Assembly (NCBI GenBank): GCA_001687465.1
Contig: LVLI01000386.1
Span: 111,043-131,042 of the forward strand
Reading direction: 5' to 3'
DNA from: Halocafeteria seosinensis
Lineage: Eukaryota
Length of the DNA: 20,000 nucleotides
The notes below the pieces were generated by a model, which was not told the DNA's origin, did not search any database, and was given only the letters and a program-made list of their open reading frames with translations. The position numbers and the translations under genes were made by a program. Shown here piece after piece: positions 1-10,800 of this stretch (positions within the stretch are counted from its first letter, which is position 1; each line of letters begins with the position of its first letter).

Positions 1-2340
1 CTGCAGTGCCCAATAACAACAAACGAGAATACGACGTAGAGTCACCATGAATGTTGATCTGAGGATTACATTTTGCCTTTGTGTCTCCGCTCCTGCTGCG
101 AAACGATCCATATGGCTTCCATTGCAAGAGGCAGTGCATATAGTGGTGGTGTTGCATAACCAAGAGTCCGTAGAAGAGTACACTGGCTCTGTTTGTCACG
201 GGAGTAGCCTAAGAAGTGGCGAAAATACTCGTCGAGGTGAAGAAAGATAATTGTGATGATGCTGATGGCGTTTGGACAAACTCCGAATACTACGCGCTCA
301 GTGTTACAATGGAAACGTCTTCTCGCTGGAGTGGGTACCGAACTTGTCAAAAATGTTACGACAAAAATTGACAATACGACGACGAAATAGCAGCTAAACA
401 GTAATCCACTGCAAATAGCAAGAATCTTGGCAAACTCATTGCTGCTGGTGTCGTCTACGTCGTTGGAGGAACTCATGGCTTTCGCCAAGCTTCAGTAGCG
501 TGAGCCAATCACCAACTGCAGCAGTGTGCCCGATGATAATGGTCTCTACATATTCTCCTGGAGGATACAAATCTTAAATAATCGTTCTGATGGTACACAA
601 TCGAACAACATAAACCAAGACCGATCACTGTGAAACTTGCTTGAACACCACAGATGCTTTGGAGTTGGCCACGTGCCACGCAATCGTTAGCATCTTCAAG
701 GAAGGCATCACCACTAGACGAAGCTTACTTGACACAGATTGGACATTATCAATAAAGACTAGTCCAGGAATATATTTTTAACCTATGTGGCAGCGTCTGA
801 TATTGTATATCAGACACCAGTCTACCAAGAGCTCCAGGATCAGGGTTTAGACTTCAACCCCCTTGTTCCGAATATCTCTGGATCTCACACCCAACTACTA
901 ACAAGAATGGCAAAATTTCACTAATTTACGAGAGATTCCTCGTATTCGTGCGCCCTGCGACACGTAGTATCCAGAGTGAGAGGTGGAGCTTGGGTGTAGA
1001 GCTAGCTGTCAACGCGCTGACGTCACGGCCTTACATCATCTGCCAGAGTCATCCGAGTCGAACACGATTTCCCGGTGTTAAAACTTAAGAAAAACGTAGG
1101 GCTTGCAGCTCCGAGAGAATGGCCTTGTTGGTTACCCCGCGACCCACAAGAAGACTATCGAGACCAGCTCATCGTAAATAGGAATCCCTGGAACTGGTCG
1201 AGGGCACCAGCATTCGCAAATAACACTCGTTGCACAGTCCTCCATTGAAGCTACGCTGTATGAGCGTCACAAATGGAGGGTTTTGTGGCTTCTACGCGCG
1301 GGAATACTTTATCCTGCAATGCAGCCTTTTTCCTCTGTTCCTATAAGACGCACACACTTCGGATTGGAACTTGCGCATGCATTGCCCGGCACTCAGTTTG
1401 CCCCCAGTACGGCTGCAGCTCAAAAGGTCCACAGGGAATACAGTTCTGGTACCAAGTTCCGCTATACGTCCCCGGAGGACATGTTACACAGTGAAGTTGG
1501 TCTCTATTTGGAACGGTGCCGACATCGCAGGTACAACGTTGTACGGCATTCTGTTTCAGTAGAATTTGAGACTTGATACCGCGCATATGGTACGCAGCTG
1601 CTTTGCACACTGTTTGGTACCATCCCAACACCGCACAGACAACATTTTGTTTCGGTGTAATTGGACGCTTCGTTGCGTGCGCACGGTAGGCAGTTACTTT
1701 GTACAGCATTGGGTCTTTCCCCCTCGCCACGGGCACGGGATTCCGGGTGTGACTGGTTTGCTACTTTGTAAGGCAAACAGTCGTCGCATTGGGTTACATT
1801 TTCATTCGCAGATCGGCCCTTGCCACAAAACATACAAAACGAAAGATCTGCTGCATTATGCGCGGTACTAAAGAGAATGCCGGGACCACATTTCCCTTCA
1901 GAGGCGCCAGGGTTTTCGAACAAGTCTCTGCAAGGTCCTTATTGTTGTCGTGCCGCCTAAGAGCGTCGCGACGGCAAAATCACGTACAAGCTTCGAAGGC
2001 TGCTCAGGTTGCGAAAAACGTTCACCGGGATGAATGTCAAGGAGCTTGCCCGAAGGTTCCTGTTAACCCACAGAAAAGTACACGTGCGTAATATGTGTTG
2101 TTTGGGAACAACTTAGCAGCGTATGTACAGGGTACGAAGGTTTTCCAGCCCTTCGAAGAGGCCACTCGGCAGCGAAATAAGGGGATTTACGGGTCGGTTT
2201 CTGTGGTACGTATCATGAGCTGTTATCGACAGCGCTTGTTTCGGACAGATCGCTCTTGTACTTACATATCCGGTGTGCCAGCGATTACATATTCCAGACC
2301 ACAGACGCGCATATATATACTACTATCTGCTTGCCACTGG
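1..2340 (-). pseudogene. Decayed multi-exon receptor-like gene: LRR exons, 16-aa Cys-rich repeats, then a multi-pass TM region (possibly class C GPCR-like); runs off the left edge
   Basis: Two exact 72-nt phase-2 LRR exons: 2200-2129 (NRPVNPLISLPSGLFEGLENLRTL) and 2059-1988 (NLRASSLTFIPVNVFRNLSSLRSL), both with AG/GT boundaries. About nine CxxCxxGxxxNxxxxx units at 1840-1385. Hydrophobic segments at about 660-1. Frameshifts, stops and Cys-to-Ser/Arg/Tyr losses indicate decay. Confidence 0.7.
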
Positions 2341-2383
2341 CCACCGTCTAACACCCACGCCCCAGAGAGGGAGGAAGACAGGC

Positions 2384-2700
2384 TCAAGGGGTATTCGAAT
2401 CGCTATAGACTAATTCTCGGTTGGCAGGTATCTCAATGTTCGGTAGTGTCCACAAGAAATCGCCGATACGTTTACAGTTTTCGATCGCCATGGCCTCAGC
2501 GGAGTCTTCTATAGCATAATAGCAGTTGCGGGCATAGTTTGCCTTGCAACTCGCTTCACGCGTGAACTCCGTCAGTTTGATTCCTATTGCTGTGCTAGGG
2601 AGTGATACACGGCAGAGTAATCGCTTGTCCTCGTCTATATATAGACTAGTGTCCGTATGTTCTTCCAGTGCCTGCTGTACCCTGTTCATCGGATGTGCTG
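2384..2700 (-). pseudogene. SET-domain-like fragment immediately downstream of the Harbinger transposase
   Basis: The translation ...LYIDEDKRLLC...CKANYARNC...ENCKRIGDFLWTLPNIEIPANRELVYSD resembles the C-terminal half of a SET domain (N..N..I.x.xEL.Y.Y). Recognised by eye only. Confidence 0.4.
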
Positions 2701-2706
2701 CTTTGC

Positions 2707-3890
2707 TTACAGCAGAGAAACGACGGGCCACTGTAACTGTCTCCACTGGTGATAAAAGTGGTTGACTAACCATTTATAAACCGTGTCGTAATGGTTTCTG
2801 TTAGTGGCTTGGAACTGGAATCCTACTCGTTGGGAACCTTTAGGCAATGGCGTATCTCCTGGGAGCACATTACCCTGATTATCATTCACACGGTTGGGCT
2901 CATGGAAATAAATGTCGGCATCACTCATGTCAGGGTCACTTCCACCGATATCGCCATCATCCAGGTAAATTCGTCAAGACCATCGTAAGCAAGTAACATA
3001 TTGTGCAAAATCGCACAAGCCTTGATTATTGCGTTGCTAACATCCCTCTTGTATTACAGCCCATTTCTTAGAATGCGAAATCGCGACTTAAGAATACCGA
3101 AGGCGCATTCTACGTCTTTCCGGACAGATTCCAAAAACTCGGACCAGTGAACTACAAAACAAGGTAAGTTCTGGTAGCCTCCGTCAACAATTAGATATCC
3201 ACCTTTGCACACATGTAACACCCCTGCCTCATCATACAGGTTGAAATTGACATCGTTGAACTTGCCTTGGTACATATTCTGGAATGTGAAGTCAGTATTT
3301 GAAGTAATCGTCGTTTTCTCGTCCGTCAAACAGGTCAGTCATGAATAGAATTCTCCGACTATGGTCCACAATTGCTGGACTTGCCAGAGTTGGAAATGGG
3401 TATTTCCCTTTGCAGAGATTAGCGGCTTCTTTTGGGCATCTCAGCCAGCGGAAATGGGTCACATCCATCGAACCCATGGCACCTGGGAAACCTACACGGG
3501 CAAACGTGTCCATGATTTTCGCCATGCTCTCGGAGCCGAGGTCTGGAAATGATACGGTGGAATCGTAAAATTTATCTACAAATCCCATACAAAACTGCTT
3601 GAGCACAGCGTTGCAAGTGGATTTCGGTACACCTGACAACTCACTCTCGCTATCATTCTTAAGACCTTGAATTCAAGCGGAATTCTGCTCGGCCGAACAG
3701 GATTGAAGATCCATGCCTCGTGGATAGACGGAATGAGATAATTTTGGAACAAGGGAAAGGGCACGCGAAAACGCAACCGGAATTTTTTGTATTCAAAACT
3801 CCCTGGCCTAATCGTGTGTTCATGACGTATCAACCTTCCCCATTCAGAATCCCAGAGACTGCCGCGCAGTAAACTGCGTCTTCTCTTCAC
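2707..3890 (-). mobile_element. PIF/Harbinger-superfamily DDE transposase, pseudogenised
   Basis: Hallmark motifs spread over several frames: FRLRFRVPFPLF, GFPGAMGSMDVTHFRW.RCP, YLIVDGGY, LESVRKDVECAFGILKSRFRIL, IKACAILHNMLL. Frameshifts near 3645, 3325 and 2930, a stop at 3054-3056, and apparent internal deletions. TIRs and TSD not found. Confidence 0.92.
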
Positions 3891-4030
3891 ACCCTTACAC
3901 TTTTCAATTTTTTAAAAATTCACCATTTTACTGATAGTAATATATCCAGTCACCAGGTTGGGATAGGACAGTCTCATTCCTAGACACAGTAGCTTCCTTT
4001 GTCTAATTGCTTGGGTAATCACTTGAGGCA

Positions 4031-4926
4031 ATGGTACACAACATCGACAACGTGGTCAGTGGTGACGAACAAGCCTGGGAGCAACTACTTTACCCCAGCT
4101 ACAATTGGAGCCAGAGGATGCAGTCTGGAGAAGTTCAGGAGAATATAGAAGACGAGGACTTTGACGTAGCAAACGATAAGGAGGACATTCTCCTAAATGC
4201 GATCAAGTCCCTACGAAAGGGTTCTATTCGCAAGGATACGCGCACGCTCACTAGTAACGGAATTGCTCCGGATACTCAGACAGTGCGCCACCAACTACAA
4301 CTGTAATAGCGATGAACCCACCCTGATCACAGGAAATGTATCCCTCAGATTCGACCGAATGTCCAGAGTTTACCAGGTGACCAGCCCCGGTGGACGTCCG
4401 CATGGAATGCGACTCACAAACGATGGTGGATCACATGAATGGCGAAGCCCAGTGCAGCACGGACGTGGGAACCGGCTTCGTGGCTTCAGAAGGACCTGGG
4501 TAGCCGCACCATCTTCGATCTCGAGCAGGAGATGTACTTCAATCTGGGCTATGATGACGAACATGAGGTGGACGGAATTTCTGGGGAGCCACCTCCCGCG
4601 TCACGTGGTGGCTTGTCATTGGTCACAACTGTTGCGTCGGGAACAACACTTCATCCTGCCTGCGCTGCTGCAACCGGTCTTGGCGTTGGCGCCGCTGTGG
4701 CAGGCTCAGGGGCTTCTCCTGCCAGACTGAGCCTTGTCGGTACCTCTGACATTGTGGGCACAGGCATGGCTCCTCCCCCGATGCCTCCTGAGCTTAACCA
4801 GTGCTGTGTTCCCTCACGGCGCATGTCAGCAAGGCTGCAGGAACAGCGGGCCCGTCGCTGCTTAACACGGGCGCATACCGCTCAACTTCCCGGCCGGTGG
4901 GCTATCTGTCACATTTGTGTGTGTGT
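4031..4926 (+). mobile_element. Internally deleted CRE-like non-LTR retrotransposon remnant with a chromodomain-like segment
   Basis: All in one frame with a few stops: AIKSLRKGSIRKDTRTLTSNGIAPDTQTVRHQLQL...HP (resembles the segment preceding RT in CRE-clade ORFs), RWWIT*MAKPSAARTWEPASWL (chromo-like, 4421-4486) and RRMSARLQEQRARRCL (resembles the REL endonuclease C-terminal R.S..LQ...A). Followed by (GT)5. No RT core is visible. Confidence 0.55.
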
Positions 4927-5234
4927 CTTCCTGCAGCATCAGGCCTTGTGCACGGATGGAGTCGGCAAGCTTCCAGGTTATAAAGATTGCCGAAGCACCG
5001 GTGTTGTTATACACTGTACAGGTACCCGGTTTTGAAGTTCTTATTCCAGTTTTCCATCCTCGCTGTGGTGGTACAATGTCATGACTCCACGGGTGTCATG
5101 GCGGGATGGGGGTCGGAGCCGGCTGAGTCACCGTGATGATTAAGTTCGCGCTCCATCAAAGGGCCCCCATGAGCGACATTTGTTAAAGCAATACCTGCTC
5201 CACTGATGGTTGTACAGTTGGTCGTCCGGAAAGC

Positions 5235-6443
5235 ATGCGAAATGCATTCGTTGGCATATCTATCACTGTTGCGACGACCACGCTGGTGGTAGCAACACTC
5301 ACAGTCTATCTTCATTCCTGGACTCTACAGTCACAAGAAGAAAAACTGAAGCGTATGGAAGCTATCCAGAAAGGTAACCCAGACGCACTCTACAGTATTG
5401 GACTAGGGTATAAGAAACAAGGCGACTATGTGGCCGCAGTGTCGCTCTACACGCTTGCTGCCGAGCGGGGCAACATGTATGCGCAGAATGACGTTGGGAG
5501 TTTTTATATTGAAGGGCAAGGAGTACAGAAAGACCTTGAGAAGGCACTGCACTTCTTTGAAATGGCCGTAAAACAGGGCGATAAATTCGCTGAGCAGGCG
5601 GCCGGAGCGATTTACCTCGACATTGAGAACAAAGGGCAAGGACACTACAAAAACACCGAAAGAGCGGAAATCCTGTTAGTACGGGCGGCTTCTCAGGGTA
5701 TGATGGCGTCGAAATATTACCTTGGAAGGATGTACAATGAGGGTATTGGGGTGAATGTCGATAAAGAACGGGCTCGTACATTGTTCGCCAGCGCAGCATC
5801 TGCTAACTCACTGCGAGCCCAGTGGGAACTGGGGGCGATGTATCTAAATTACTTCAACCAGCGAACTGAAGCTTTCAAGTGGTTCAAGCTTGCTGCAGAT
5901 AATCATGGCGATGCATACAGCCAGTACAATGTCGGATCGATGCTGTTGAATGGGGACGGCATGGAGCAAGACTACGTTGCAGCAGTTCCGTACTTGACGA
6001 AGTCTTCAGACCAAGGCTTCTTACCGGCAGACCACAATCTAGGTTTGATGTACCATTGGGGACTCGGGGTAAATCAAGACAGCATCAAGGGTAGGGAGTA
6101 CTTGTTACGGGCAGCCAACGACGGCTATAACAGTGAGTCGCAGGTATCGCTTGCAGGCCACATGTATGAAGAGGGAGATCACATACGTAGCGCGGCCTAC
6201 GCAATGAGAGCAGCAGAACAAGGGCAGGCTAGGGCTCAATACTTTTTGGGAATGCTTCTCACTCGTGGAGATGGAATCCCTGTTGATAAAGAGAGAGGAA
6301 TAAACTGGCTGAGACGCGCGGCTGCAAATGGTGAGCAGCACGCTTCTGACGCATTGAAGGCCATAGATAAGCGGGAAAATGTGGGAGATATAGCGATAGT
6401 TTCATCTGCTGAAGGGTCCGGTGTAAGACACCTACGCGCGTAA
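5235..6443 (+). CDS. SEL1-like repeat protein (9 repeats) with an N-terminal signal anchor, 402 aa, intronless
   Basis: Intact ORF. Hydrophobic N-terminus AFVGISITVATTTLVVATLTVYL. Repeated A.y.lG.mY..G.GV..D...A...y..AA.qG units. Confidence 0.93.
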   Translation: MRNAFVGISITVATTTLVVATLTVYLHSWTLQSQEEKLKRMEAIQKGNPDALYSIGLGYKKQGDYVAAVSLYTLAAERGNMYAQNDVGSFYIEGQGVQKDLEKALHFFEMAVKQGDKFAEQAAGAIYLDIENKGQGHYKNTERAEILLVRAASQGMMASKYYLGRMYNEGIGVNVDKERARTLFASAASANSLRAQWELGAMYLNYFNQRTEAFKWFKLAADNHGDAYSQYNVGSMLLNGDGMEQDYVAAVPYLTKSSDQGFLPADHNLGLMYHWGLGVNQDSIKGREYLLRAANDGYNSESQVSLAGHMYEEGDHIRSAAYAMRAAEQGQARAQYFLGMLLTRGDGIPVDKERGINWLRRAAANGEQHASDALKAIDKRENVGDIAIVSSAEGSGVRHLRA

Positions 6444-7340
6444 CGTGTTTATTCTCCAGTGCCAGCGCAACATTCTCAAGGACATTGCACAATTGTCAAC
6501 TTGGTGGCAGCCGACATTCACGATCAACATGATCATCGGATTTACCATAGGCAAGAACTATTCTTGTGGATTGCTCTCATAAGCAGTTTCTGAGTAACAA
6601 TGGAATATTCCGAGTATCAAGCTTCCCTCTGAGCTCCCACTCAGCCCCTAACTCTAACAGGCTAAGTTGGGTCGCTAACCACTTGGGACTGGAAATAAGC
6701 TGGTGCTAAGCCAACATCCGCGGTTGCTCTGATATTGTGGCAGCGTTGGTTGTTAGGCTCGCAACTCCTTTGTTTGGGCGTAATCTGGTGAATTTCCTTG
6801 AATGAAAAGTAATTTTATTCCCCATTGGAAGACATCACTAGGTATTTCAGCTGCAAAGAAGCTGCCAGTATTAGAGAAACAGAAGAAAGAAGAAAGCTGG
6901 ACGGAAGGGGAGCGCACCATGAACTAATGAGCTTAGCTGTCTGGTCTTGTTGAACTAGTTCTGAGGCAGTTTGGGTCCCTTCATTCCTATTTTCGTCCGC
7001 AACGCTGCCCCCGAAAGATGTAGGTGCTGGAATGGCATACAACCACCAAGTGCTTGAATTACATATGAATGAACGCTTGTCGTGCACAGTTCGGCTATGC
7101 TTACGTAAGACTGGAGCGGTTATTGGACTGCGCTGGGCTTCATCTCCAGCTGCACCGTACCAGTACCGTAGATTTCGCCTCGTTAATGTTTCCTTCAGCA
7201 AACTTCTAACCTTAGACCAGCTCGTTTTGTGGCCCTGGAGCCTTGTTACCTCCGGTGTCGCCGGTACTGCGTCTAACTTTTTTGACGCCTTAGTAGACTT
7301 CCTTTCCTTCGCTGATTCAGAGTCAAATGCCCCTTCACCA
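6370..7340 (-). pseudogene. Fragment of an unidentified intron-containing gene
   Basis: Long open minus-strand frame at 7340-6815, with a GTAAGC donor near 7105 and pyrimidine-rich ..CAG acceptors near 7028 and 6851. There is no start codon and stops occur downstream. A SAM-like TLQQMKLSLYLPHF lies at about 6418-6377. Confidence 0.35.
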
Positions 7341-7341
7341 C

Positions 7342-7596
7342 TTGTTTACGCCCCAGTTTGTGTCATCGAGGCTGGGGGAACAGTGGCCCACTTTCAGTGG
7401 GCCGGTTGCTGCTTAACGCGGGCGCATACCCCTCCTCGTTGTGTGGCTCAAAAACACTAGCCTTTTTGAAAGAGCTGTATGAAAGGCGGTCTAATCTCGG
7501 ATCCCGTCCTTTTTTGTCAGGGATCTGCGCCTCAGCTGTTTGGTGCAGAGGAGCAATTGTAGCAAGTGGTTGCAGCCCAATACAGCGTATGAGATG

Positions 7597-7598
<2 letters not shown>
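7342..7598 (+). mobile_element. Second CRE-like 3'-end remnant
   Basis: 7395-7430 matches 4844-4879 at 32/36 nt. LVYAPVCVIEAGGTV resembles the REL-domain F.P.v.E..G motif. The segment directly abuts (GT)25. Confidence 0.45.

Positions 7599-7648
<50 letters not shown>
7599..7648. repeat. (GT)25 microsatellite
   Basis: Perfect dinucleotide run, read directly. Confidence 0.99.
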
Positions 7649-7650
<2 letters not shown>

Positions 7651-7893
7651 CACAGTGTCACACACCACCACCACTTCTTTCTTTACATCATACTGTTTCT
7701 CTCACTTCTTTTGAATCAGCATCGTGAATTGAAGTTGAAGTCGGGCAGGACTTGGGCGTATTTAACGACTTCGCCATAACAGGTGGCAGAACTGCGGTAG
7801 CATGTAATACTATTATTCGTCGTATTGATTAGGTAGTGGAGTATAGGGATACTCAGCTGGAGGAGCGACTGTATCGAGTGGGAAAGCTCCGAA

Positions 7894-10800
7894 ATGTCCT
7901 CAACGCTCGTGCAAAATGCTATGGATGGCGTCGAGTTTGACGAAGAGGATGAGATGGCAGAGGAGCCGATTTCAGATGATGCGAAGGGTTTCGATGGCCC
8001 ACCTCCTGCTAGTACCCTGCCAAAGGACATATCAGAGCTGTACGCCGACTGGAGCGTCCCACCGTCCAAGTAAGAGCCTGTGTATGGCGCAACGTCGAGG
8101 TTGAGAATCTCCACTTTCATGCCGAGCTCTTTGTGGCTGTTTGACAGGATAGAACAAGCTTTATGGGGATGGATCGACCGTGGAAAGTATAGATACTCCC
8201 TAGATACCTCATCTCTGTTCACAAGATATGACAGCCGAGAGCTATTGGAGCGGGCAGTGGAGTTGTCCTCTATCGCTTCAAACGAGAAGGAGGAACTGGA
8301 GGCACTAGCGTGCGTGTTGGCTGCCAGATCCAAGGAAGCAGGGAGGCGAGCATCTCTTTCGCAGCGGAAACATACAACTACGCATGGCAAGGGAGACTGG
8401 AGAGATACCATACCGAGTACGTAAATCGGCAGTATTGAACGAGGCATTGATCCCCGCTCTATTCGTCCTCCTGCGCAGACTTCATCACGCTCTCCGAAGT
8501 GATGAAAAACTTGAGAGAAATGGATGCGGCAGTGTATTACTGCGTTTCAGCTGCGAAAGAGACATTAAAGTCTGATGGGCATCCAGAACTTTTGAATGTA
8601 TTGGAGTATGGAGCTTCCCATTGTGTCAACGTGCATCGGGACGACGCAGCTGTGGAAATTTACAACACGGAACTATCTTTCTTGATGAAACATGAAAACA
8701 CGAATCAGCAAAAAGCGAAATGCTACAAAGAGGTTTGTTAAACAATGTGCGGCGGTAACTCGTCTCAAAGTGCTTTATCTTTTGATATTTGTTTCCCAGC
8801 TGGTACACTCCTACCAACGACTTGGTCAGCTTGAGGACGCTTTGCATTGCAGTAAGACAAGGATGGAATTGCTGGTAAGGATTCAGTTTTGCTGATGATG
8901 TTAATCCTTTTCCATAGTACTGGACATGCTATTTGACAACAGCACAAGGAACTATCTCCGAATCACCCTGCATTCCTGCAAACCCTCATTGTCATTGGGA
9001 ACATCTCAAGGCAACTAGGTACGGTAGTTCCCGCTCTATTTGTTCAATGTCCTGTGTATCTCAGGGCTTATACTATGCGTTTCCCAGGCATGACGGAGGA
9101 CTCGCTTCAGTACCACCGAAGGGTTCACGACCTTCTGCAGGAGTATCGAGATGTCCCCAACAGAAATCAGATGCTGGCTACGGTTGACCTCAAAATCGGG
9201 CAAACGTTGATGGATCAACGTTAGTGTTAAATAGTTCTTTCTGTTCTTCCGAATCCGATTCATTAGCTTACGTACTACGTGCTTTTGCAGATCGTCCGCA
9301 TGACGCTCGATGGTTTGTTTCGAGTGCGCTCCGCACGTTTGACCAGAGGCACCGGAAACAGTTGTGGCAAGCGCGGAGTCTATTGACGCAAGTGGACAAT
9401 GAACTAGGACTTTCCGGTTCAAACGAGGCTGTGGTACGAGAACGTAAGAAATCTGTTGCCATGCAAAGCTCAACCTTTTCGGACAACTTCCCCCAAAAGC
9501 GCGAGCGCGCTCTGGAAGGTACGGACGAGGATCCTGCCGAAGTGTCCGAAGAAATTCCCCCTAGCAAAAAAAGGAGCACAGGGCGCCATCGTAGTGAATC
9601 TCAAGGGTCTTCCTCCTCGGACTCATCGAGTAGTTCTTCCTCGGACAATGCTGATTTATTCGGTAGGTCTATCCCGTTCCCGTCGTCATCTCAGAACAGC
9701 TTTAACGAGAGCAGTGGGGCCGTGGAAGGAGGTGGGGGAGATACCCACGGAAGACAATCTGCTCAGGGTGATGGTTCAGGACTCAAGCATAAAGGGTCAA
9801 AGGGACCGCTGGGATCCACTAGTACAGCGCCTCCGGAAGGGTTGAGGGGTGGACATGGGACACCTGGAGGAACGAAAGGTAGTCAAGGCCCACTAAAGCA
9901 AACTGCCAGCGTCGGGACCGGCGGTTATGGAACATCTTCGGCAACCAACTTGGCGAATGTGGTGAGCTGGGCTGCAGACGCATCCCAATGGGACCCTTCT
10001 CAGGAGCAGAAGGCGTTCGCGCGTGTCATTGCTGAAAGTGAGAATGGGAGTATCAGCCAGGGGGGTAGCGGTGGTTTCCCCAGCAACGTCGTTCCCCATG
10101 GATACTTTAGTAGCTCCACTGACTTCGGCATCTCCCCAGACGGAGCGCCGAAATATGGATACCGCTCCTATGAAGAAGCAGCAGAAGCCTTGCAAAAGGT
10201 AATTCTATTGTGAATTCTTGAACTGCTGTTTAATATTATGCCCTTATTCGTTTGCTGCTCAGAACGCGAAGCGATTGATCAGCGCTCTTGAGGTTCTCCG
10301 GGCTGCCGGAGGCACTCGACAATATGCTCGGAAGCAAGGTGATGGGCAAATGGCTATCGATGAAAATGGTACGATATTCTCGCAGACTCTTTAGTTATGT
10401 TTTAAGTTTTAGCCTGCTTCTATGTTTTCACCAGACGCTGAGGCTGTTGAGGGCAAGACTGAGGAAGCTACTCGCGTAGCTAATCAAGTTCGCAGCGCAT
10501 CTCAATCTCTGACAGCATCTTATAATATTCCATCTCTGCGGAGAAAACAGGAAAGCGATGATCCGGAGGAAAGCCGGCAGGCGTCGGATAAGTTAGAGCA
10601 GTTGGAGCAGCTCCAAAATCAGCTACTGCTGACTATGGCCGATGCCGGTGACAAAATTGGTGAAGCTCTGGACATGAGGGGAATTCGGTCCGAAGATTTG
10701 AGGGCTCTAGCCAGTGGACAAAGTCCTGGCTCTAGCGAGAGTAGTGAAGAGGAAGATGATGGCTCCCCTATGTTGGACCACAATACAGTTGCCTACCGCA

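Noticed and set aside
7720..7893. Possible extra upstream formin exons
   Set aside because: The frame is open back to 7837 and weak splice sites exist, but upstream frames contain stops; cannot be resolved without transcripts.
7716..8447. 243-aa minus-strand ORF
   Set aside because: Antisense shadow of the first formin exons; Ser-rich with no motif.
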